Source of the DNA: a virus
Lineage: Duplodnaviria > Caudoviricetes
Virus record (IMG/VR): IMGVR_UViG_2931439988_000001
Coordinates: 120 to 64,119 of that record
DNA length: 64,000 nt
Direction: 5' to 3' (one strand)
Shown here: positions 58,475 through 64,000 of the stretch, piece by piece
Position numbering within the stretch: position 1 is the first letter of the stretch
How the letters are laid out: every line of letters begins with the position of its first letter
Notes under the pieces: model-generated
Databases searched by the model: none
Told to the model about the DNA's origin: nothing
The model's input: only the letters and a program-made list of their open reading frames with translations
Position numbers and translations under genes: made by a program

Positions 58475-58759
58475 TTATTGCAGCGATGATTTTTCAATGA
58501 GCTGTTCTAAAGTTAAATCTTTGTTAGTAATCCACCACGATGCAGAAGTCTTATTTTGGAGTGGCAACAAAGTCTCTAAATTTTTATCTTTGTCGTGGGC
58601 TTGATTTAAAAATTTGATCCTGATATCTCGTGCCCATTTAATCTGAGCTACAGAACCCTTGAGGTCTGGTATGTTATAGTGGCTTTCGATTTCACTTGCT
58701 AAGTTATTTAAATAATCTTCCATCTCTTTGGAGCGTACAATCTTAACCAGGATAATCAC
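58475..58759 (-). CDS. Hypothetical protein
   Basis: LKGSVAQIKWARDIR...SASWWITNK; RBS AGAGGTG. Confidence 0.65.
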   Translation of the reverse strand: MIILVKIVRSKEMEDYLNNLASEIESHYNIPDLKGSVAQIKWARDIRIKFLNQAHDKDKNLETLLPLQNKTSASWWITNKDLTLEQLIEKSSLQ

Positions 58760-58855
58760 CTCTTTTTTAGTTTATAAGGATTATTTGTATTGTTTAGAAG
58801 AGTTTCTTCATACTGATTAGCCAATTTTTATAGAATATCTTTTTCATTCTTCTTT

Positions 58856-59151
58856 CTCCTGATATAGTAATAATTAACAATATGACTAGTCTATCAGAAC
58901 TAGGTATATTTTTCTATTAAATGTATGGGTGTGAAAAAGTGAATACATATCAAGTATTGCAAACAGACACAGAACTCCTAGTGGCGGCATTATCACAGAC
59001 ACATGTATCAGTATGGTTTGTCTTACCTGACCGAGAACGTATTATGGACTATGGTGGGTTATTGGAAGCGTACAGCGATGTATCGGTAAAAATTGCTGGG
59101 AATCGATACTTTAGAGACAAGTTTGAATTTAGAGCGGAGAGAGGTAGGTAA
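58856..59151. repeat. Repeat unit copy B (leftward gene truncated)
   Basis: High identity to 55139-55429; leftward ORF MKKIFYKNWLISMKKLF* resembles the start of 55130. Confidence 0.85.
58939..59151 (+). CDS. Small protein, 70 aa (paralog of 55223-55429)
   Basis: MNTYQVLQTD...DYGG...YFRDKFEFR. Confidence 0.7.
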   Translation: MNTYQVLQTDTELLVAALSQTHVSVWFVLPDRERIMDYGGLLEAYSDVSVKIAGNRYFRDKFEFRAERGR

Positions 59152-59415
59152 ATGGTTAATCTAAAAAGAATTATCGATGCGGAATTAAAGAAGAAGTTTA
59201 GTGAAACGAAAGCAACCGGTAACGAATACCTGGATGTTATTACAGGGGAGATACATAAGGAACTTGGTTTTAAAAACCGAATGCCTTCTTGTTGTCATGC
59301 TATGAGAAAAATGATGAAGACAGGGGATATCATTTTAGAGGAACCAACTAAAGGTTACGGAGCAACGCTTAAGATCCGTTATCTCTTAAAACCTAAAAAA
59401 GAGCAGGAGGGATAA
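59152..59415 (+). CDS. Small protein with NRMPSCC motif
   Basis: GEIHKELG..NRMPSCCHAM...L.IRY; RBS GAGAGGT. Confidence 0.7.
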   Translation: MVNLKRIIDAELKKKFSETKATGNEYLDVITGEIHKELGFKNRMPSCCHAMRKMMKTGDIILEEPTKGYGATLKIRYLLKPKKEQEG

Positions 59416-59631
59416 CCTCACTGCTCTATTTTTTAGTCGTATATTCACTTACTTCAAACGTTAAAATTTTATCAAAGATTACGTAATCTTTACGCTTGTT
59501 GAATGAACCTTTGTTGTTGCTGTATTTTTTAATTGCAAATTTTGATGGGCCGATGCGAGTAACCGAACATTCAAGAATGCATTCCATTGGAAGATCATAT
59601 TCTTTTTCCAAACCAGAATTCATTGTTACAA

Positions 59632-59946
59632 CTAATTAATGGTTCCTTCATAATAGGCAATCCAAGAATTAAATGAAGCGCTTCTGACCTCAACTAGCGT
59701 TAACCAACCAGATAAGAATCCTTCAGAATAATAAATTTTATTTGGTATGTCGTTACCATCAGGGTGATCCTGTTTAGAGTAAAATATTCCTCTATAAATA
59801 TCCTTCGAAGCATAAGGGGCTACTTTCACATTTTCCGTTGTGGTATTGTTTGAAGTTTTGGTCATATCACTAGCTGCAAAAGATGTAGAGCCAAGAGTAA
59901 AGCATGTAACGACGGTTAAAAGACCAATCATAAGCTTTTTCTTCAT
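59632..59946 (-). CDS. Secreted small protein, LCI-like antimicrobial candidate
   Basis: Signal ending SFA; C-terminal PNKIYYSEGFLSGWLTL...WIAYYEGTI. Confidence 0.6.
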   Translation of the reverse strand: MKKKLMIGLLTVVTCFTLGSTSFAASDMTKTSNNTTTENVKVAPYASKDIYRGIFYSKQDHPDGNDIPNKIYYSEGFLSGWLTLVEVRSASFNSWIAYYEGTIN

Positions 59947-60312
59947 TTGTATCACCCTTCTAATTTAGAATATATTTCTATTTAATAGTATATATTTACA
60001 TTATATATATGTCAAATATTTCTATAAAAAATGAAAAATGTATTCTTATGGCGGAGGAACCAGTTTCACTAGTGGGATGTCGGGGGCAATATACGAGTAC
60101 TGTGGCTAATGACACATGGCCAAAATAAACAGCTTTAAAATAGCTACTACTTCTGCAGCTTAATCTATGCAAGCGCTTGGGAGTAACATTAGGGGAACTA
60201 AACATATATGGAAGAAGAATAAAATTACATAAAATGGTGTAAGATATTATCACTCTCTCCCATAAGTTCTACTATAAATGTGCCTAGTCTGTGTGACTGG
60301 GTATTTTTGTTG

Positions 60313-60342
60313 TTGATTAAAGAACGTATGTTCGCATATAAT
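60313..60342 (+). promoter_or_regulatory. Promoter with LexA (SOS) box
   Basis: TTGATT-18-TATAAT; GAACGTATGTTCG at 60322. Confidence 0.8.
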
Positions 60343-60360
60343 GTTCATGAGGTGATTTAC

Positions 60361-60648
60361 ATGCTAACGGATTATCAACGAAAGGTCCTGCGGATCTTAT
60401 ACAACTACAAAGGAATACGGCGTGTATTTCCTACCCTACATGAGCTAACGATTAAAACAGGTAAGGAAAAACCTGATGTTATGGAGGCTCTGGATGTGCT
60501 CATATCCGAGAGGTACATACAATGGGATGATAAGTCGGATACGGCTAATATCATCATCTTGGAGGGCTGGGAACGTGAATGCGAGAAGCCACAGATACCT
60601 AAAGCGCTAGAACGCTCAAACGATTGGCGTTATTGGACTGATTACTAA
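60361..60648 (+). CDS. LexA-N-like winged-helix protein
   Basis: MLTDYQRKVL..L......FPTLHEL...TG...V...L..L....YI. Confidence 0.7.
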   Translation: MLTDYQRKVLRILYNYKGIRRVFPTLHELTIKTGKEKPDVMEALDVLISERYIQWDDKSDTANIIILEGWERECEKPQIPKALERSNDWRYWTDY

Positions 60649-60660
60649 GGAGGGGTTACC

Positions 60661-60993
60661 ATGAGCATCAAGTTGGGAGGAAACGGATTGTTTGAGTCGT
60701 CGCGGATGATGTTGCCTGAGCACAAGGAGGCCTGGTTGACTCACATCAAGGAACAGAAAAGACGTGTGAAACCGGAATTAGATGAGCAGGAGTTACAAAG
60801 GGTAAGTGAAGTGTTGGGCGAATCATATAGTAATAGTTGCACCGTTGATTTGGTGTTATTCAATCCATTCTATGATGATCATGTATCCGGTGTGGTTGTG
60901 GGGTTAGACGTTTCAACACGTCGAGTTAAGTTGATGTTAGATGAAGAGTATAGATGGATAGCATTGACTGAAATTATATCTTCATCTGTATAG
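60661..60993 (+). CDS. YolD-like protein
   Basis: FESSRMMLPEHKEA...KPELDEQEL; SOS-box operon. Confidence 0.88.
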   Translation: MSIKLGGNGLFESSRMMLPEHKEAWLTHIKEQKRRVKPELDEQELQRVSEVLGESYSNSCTVDLVLFNPFYDDHVSGVVVGLDVSTRRVKLMLDEEYRWIALTEIISSSV

Positions 60994-61075
60994 CATTTGT
61001 ATGAATTTGGCTATGGAATTGCCACATTGTCCTTTATAATAACTTTAAAAGTTATTTCTATTAGGATGGTGCGGA

Positions 61076-61786
61076 TTGAACACAGTTATTTATATTTCTC
61101 TCGGATTTTTTGATGCTCTTGCAATGCTCTTAATCATCTTAAAGCTATATATGTTACCGGTTCGAGAGTATGCAGGCAAGATATTTGTCTTCGTTATTTT
61201 TATAGCCTCATTCTCATACATGATGCGAATAACTTTGGGCATGCCCAAGCTAGATTTACCTTTTCAATATATTTTCTTCATACTTTTTTTACGTTTAGGA
61301 ATGGAATTGAAGCCGCATATATCTTCATTTATCGCAGGTGCTGGGATATCAGCTTATGCAGCAATACAGATGGGTATTTTTCATATATTTGAATGGTTAG
61401 ATGTAATGCATATTGGTGTAGTGCAACAAAATGAAGGCAGCCTGGTTTATTTATTGCAATCGTCTTCAATACTAGTTGCCTATTTAATTTGTTTTGTTTT
61501 TTCAATTTTTGATTTTGGATTCTCATTCATTATAAGACCTCCGCATGACTTCATAACAAAAGAAAATTATCTTTCTAAAACCAATATTCCGTTCTTAATC
61601 GGTACAACTATTTCGGCCATTACAATCTGTATGACGTTAGTATTAGTGTATAGATCCGATCCAACAGGACTTCTATTCCTTGCAATTTCAACTTTTGGGG
61701 TATCCTATTTCTTTTCAGTAAGGAGGGAACGGGGTGATATTAGAACGGCTGTCGAGGCGTATCGCAATAAGCATAAAAACAGCTGA
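61076..61786 (+). CDS. Multi-TM protein resembling an AgrC sensor domain, with no kinase domain
   Basis: About 7 hydrophobic segments; ends 20 aa after the last TM; overlaps agrB. Confidence 0.65.
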   Translation: MNTVIYISLGFFDALAMLLIILKLYMLPVREYAGKIFVFVIFIASFSYMMRITLGMPKLDLPFQYIFFILFLRLGMELKPHISSFIAGAGISAYAAIQMGIFHIFEWLDVMHIGVVQQNEGSLVYLLQSSSILVAYLICFVFSIFDFGFSFIIRPPHDFITKENYLSKTNIPFLIGTTISAITICMTLVLVYRSDPTGLLFLAISTFGVSYFFSVRRERGDIRTAVEAYRNKHKNS

Positions 61787-62261
61787 TCCGGAAGGTCCTG
61801 GAACAGTTGAGGTATTGGAGTACGAGCTAGGACTGCGTCTTAATTGGTATACTGGTTTGTTGCTTACAATCATTCTAGGATTGACGTTCGGTACTTTTAT
61901 TGGGGCTTTGATTACTTTGTTTTCATTCGTTATATTGAGGAAGTTTTCAGGTGGAGTACACTTGCCGATTACGTTATGCTCTATCGCAACTGGTATTGTA
62001 GCAGCTCTTGTTCCGTTGATTAATTTGAATTTCGAAGCAATTCTTCTATTAAATACAGTAAGTCTCATTATTGTATTGTTGTATGCACCAAATGAATTTG
62101 AGTATGTTAATCCGACATCGTGGGATCAGTGGTTAAAATGGATTTCTGCTGCATTAGTGGCTGCGAATTTCGTAATTAAGTCTCCAGAAATAACATTGGC
62201 ATTCTTTATTCAAGCAATTCTAATTCTTCCAGTATGGACAAAACCTGAAGGAGGTGGTTAA
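61734..62261 (+). CDS. agrB: AgrB-family peptide-processing membrane protein
   Basis: LEYEL...LRKFSGGVHLPITLC (R, GGxH, C conserved), LYAP; RBS AGGAGG. Confidence 0.9.
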   Translation: MILERLSRRIAISIKTADPEGPGTVEVLEYELGLRLNWYTGLLLTIILGLTFGTFIGALITLFSFVILRKFSGGVHLPITLCSIATGIVAALVPLINLNFEAILLLNTVSLIIVLLYAPNEFEYVNPTSWDQWLKWISAALVAANFVIKSPEITLAFFIQAILILPVWTKPEGGG

Positions 62262-62262
62262 A

Positions 62263-62385
62263 TTGAATAAAAATATAGCAAGAGCGCTATCTATGGACCT
62301 AACAAAAGGGGCAAAGAAGTCTTCCAAGAAACGCAAAAGCATCGTTGGAGCGATGAAAATGCCAGAAGAATTGAAAAAGAAGTGA
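62263..62385 (+). CDS. AgrD-like propeptide, 40 aa, no Cys (absent from ORF track)
   Basis: RBS AAGGAGGTG, TTG start; MNKNIARALSMDLTKGAKKSSKKRKSIVGAMKMPEELKKK; PxEL tail. Confidence 0.75.
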   Translation: MNKNIARALSMDLTKGAKKSSKKRKSIVGAMKMPEELKKK

Positions 62386-62388
62386 TCC

Positions 62389-63117
62389 TTGATGAATGAT
62401 CAATTAATAATAGGTATACAAGTCCAAAGCGATGGCTCTTACGGGCCTCGCTTTTCCTTTTCCGAGAATGATATTATGGGCATTGAAATGTGGAAGCCAT
62501 CCAAAAATTACAATGTCCCATTTTTTTATACAAGAACGGGGAACTTTACTGTGCTTACAACGTTGAACGCATGCGAACTGGCTTTCCCAAACTTTAAATT
62601 TCTTGATGGATCAAATCTAGTGAATATAGATAACATCGAACGAGTACTGACTGGTTCATATGGTGGAATTGCGTACTTTAAAGACGATATACATACCGGA
62701 ATCAACCAGAAGAATCTCAAAGTCTGGAAAGATATTGTAGATGAAGTGAGACAGTTAAAGAAGGACAACAGGCAGATTTTTGGTGTAGAAATAGTGGAGA
62801 ACGGTCAGTTATCAACAAGTGGATTCTTTGACGCTTGTGATATTTACTATATAGATATGTGGGAGCCTAAAGCCAACTATTATGTACCTCGATTCCACAC
62901 AAGCAAAGGTCTTTTCACAGTTGGACTGACATACAAAGCTTGTGCTGAGGCTATGCCATACCTCTATCCTGCTCATAATGGTAACCTGGTCAATCCATAT
63001 TGGATCGAGAGAATTGATGAGCAGATATTTGGCTCTACAGCAATTTTTAAAGAATCTGATTATAGAGTTACTGTGGCGAGAAGTAAATTAAAAGCTCTAA
63101 AAGGAATCATCAATTAG
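62389..63117 (+). CDS. Tandem LytTR-like domain protein with no receiver domain
   Basis: Two homologous halves: DIMGIEMW.P..NY.VP.F.T...GSNLVNIDNIERV and DIYYIDMW.P..NY.VPRFHT...HNGNLVNPYWIERI. Confidence 0.75.
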   Translation: MMNDQLIIGIQVQSDGSYGPRFSFSENDIMGIEMWKPSKNYNVPFFYTRTGNFTVLTTLNACELAFPNFKFLDGSNLVNIDNIERVLTGSYGGIAYFKDDIHTGINQKNLKVWKDIVDEVRQLKKDNRQIFGVEIVENGQLSTSGFFDACDIYYIDMWEPKANYYVPRFHTSKGLFTVGLTYKACAEAMPYLYPAHNGNLVNPYWIERIDEQIFGSTAIFKESDYRVTVARSKLKALKGIIN

Positions 63118-63118
63118 C

Positions 63119-63141
63119 AAACCCGGGGGAACCGGGTTTTT
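63119..63141 (+). terminator. Intrinsic terminator closing the Agr-like operon
   Basis: AAACCCGG-GGGAA-CCGGGTTT + TT. Confidence 0.8.
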
Positions 63142-63200
63142 ATTTATCATAAAATACATTTGTTGTCAAGATCAATCGATACTAGGTAACTAGAGGAAGT

Positions 63201-63235
63201 TTCGACAACCATCGACAAGTTACACGGCTGCGACA
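63201..63235. promoter_or_regulatory. Cluster of Spo0A-box-like motifs
   Basis: TTCGACA (exact reverse complement of TGTCGAA) at 63201; 6/7 matches at 63211 and 63229. Confidence 0.45.
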
Positions 63236-63403
63236 TGTTATTATTAAATTGGAAAAAACAAGAATGAGTATTGGAGGGAATAGAGATAAGATGACATTCA
63301 AAGTTGAATAGACACGTAGCTTATTGATAGGAGTGTGTGGATCACAAATTTCGAGTACTATATTAGTACTCATTCGACCGGGGAGAGCGGAATATTCCGC
63401 GAC

Positions 63404-63622
63404 TCACTTCGTTAGTACTTCCCACTCATACAGCTGTTCCATTTGAATATCTAGGATCATCGCGGCTAGGTACAAAGCTTCTACATTCATAGGGCGCTGA
63501 CTTGTCGCGAAAAACGAGACCATTCTTTTGGACCAACCCGTACGACGAGAGAATTCGGCTTGGGTCATTTGGCGGTGATCAAGCCAGTACTGAAGTAAGC
63601 ATCTCCCTCGGATTATTTCCAC
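63404..63622 (-). CDS. Small XRE HTH protein
   Basis: GRCLLQYWLDHRQMTQAEFSRRTGWSKRMVS...QLYEW; RBS AAGGAG. Confidence 0.85.
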   Translation of the reverse strand: MEIIRGRCLLQYWLDHRQMTQAEFSRRTGWSKRMVSFFATSQRPMNVEALYLAAMILDIQMEQLYEWEVLTK

Positions 63623-63736
63623 CAAGAGTGCTCCTTCAACCATTTAGAGAGTTTAAATCAAATCGAAGTATAACATGTTCTGCAAAACAAGGTAAACAAC
63701 AGAAATTCGTAAAATACATCATAGGAGTGCTGCGTA

Positions 63737-64000
63737 ATGTTAAAAGGGTGGTTGGAACCAGCTATCGAAAAACGCCTTTGGGAAGTTGTAACTATATGCG
63801 AGGACGAAAATAAAGAGTTGTACGATGATTTTAATGTCACCTTAAATAGATTGAAGAAATACATTCCGTTGGAGTTAATCGACGACCTTAATAAATTGGA
63901 AGATATCTTCCTACAAAAAGGTTCCTCAATCAAGACTGCATACAGAACTGGATTTGACGATGGGTTAACGTTGGCACAAGAGTTAAGGAATACAATCTAA
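63737..64000 (+). CDS. Hypothetical protein
   Basis: RBS AGGAG; AYRTGFDDG C-terminal motif. Confidence 0.65.
   Translation: MLKGWLEPAIEKRLWEVVTICEDENKELYDDFNVTLNRLKKYIPLELIDDLNKLEDIFLQKGSSIKTAYRTGFDDGLTLAQELRNTI

Larger units (their letters stand above)
1..63622. mobile_element. Temperate siphovirus prophage (left end outside window; right boundary uncertain)
   Basis: Canonical order: integrase, repressor/cro, replication, terminase, portal, capsid, tail, tape measure, holin/lysin, then accessory genes. Confidence 0.95.

Noticed and set aside
59426-59623. Immunity gene for the LCI-like peptide
   Set aside because: Weak RBS, no TM segment, no recognisable features
61076-61786. Frameshifted AgrC histidine kinase
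   Set aside because: Downstream sequence is fully occupied by intact agrB; no H-box or ATPase motifs seen in the alternative ORFs provided
1-64000. tRNA/rRNA genes, introns, inteins
   Set aside because: No cloverleaf or rRNA-like segment noticed by eye; terL, capsid and DnaN have normal lengths. tRNAscan/Infernal were not run
1-64000. attL/attR pair
   Set aside because: The integrase runs off the left edge, so attL lies outside the window; serine-integrase sites share only a short core and cannot be paired here

Overview
Almost the entire window is one temperate siphovirus prophage from a Bacillales host, most likely Paenibacillus (inferred from the protein families present). Left to right: a large serine integrase running off the left edge (1-1384, missing from the ORF track), a LexA/CI-like repressor with a divergent Cro-like gene, early and replication genes (ParB-domain, ORF6C, O-like initiator with internal iterons, DnaI-like loader, beta-clamp DnaN, HNH, C5 methyltransferase, ASCH, 2x YopX), a late regulator, a HigBA-like TA pair, a small tyrosine recombinase followed by two 13-8-13 lox-like palindromes, and terS/terL. 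Next comes a ~6.6 kb moron block containing the decayed remains of a second phage's arpU-to-terL segment, then the head, tail (2298-aa tape measure with NlpC/P60 and SLT domains) and lysis genes. After the lysin is a ~12 kb accessory region. It holds an SOS-box-controlled three-gene SLATT operon, an array of zinc-ribbon membrane genes built on a repeated promoter unit, SRAP/ligase/YolD repair genes, an LCI-like secreted peptide, and an Agr-like cassette with no kinase (receptor-like membrane protein, AgrB, an unannotated Cys-free AgrD-like peptide, and a tandem-LytTR protein with no receiver domain). That cassette is the best candidate for an undescribed system. All calls come from reading motifs by eye; no database searches were run, and neither att site could be located.
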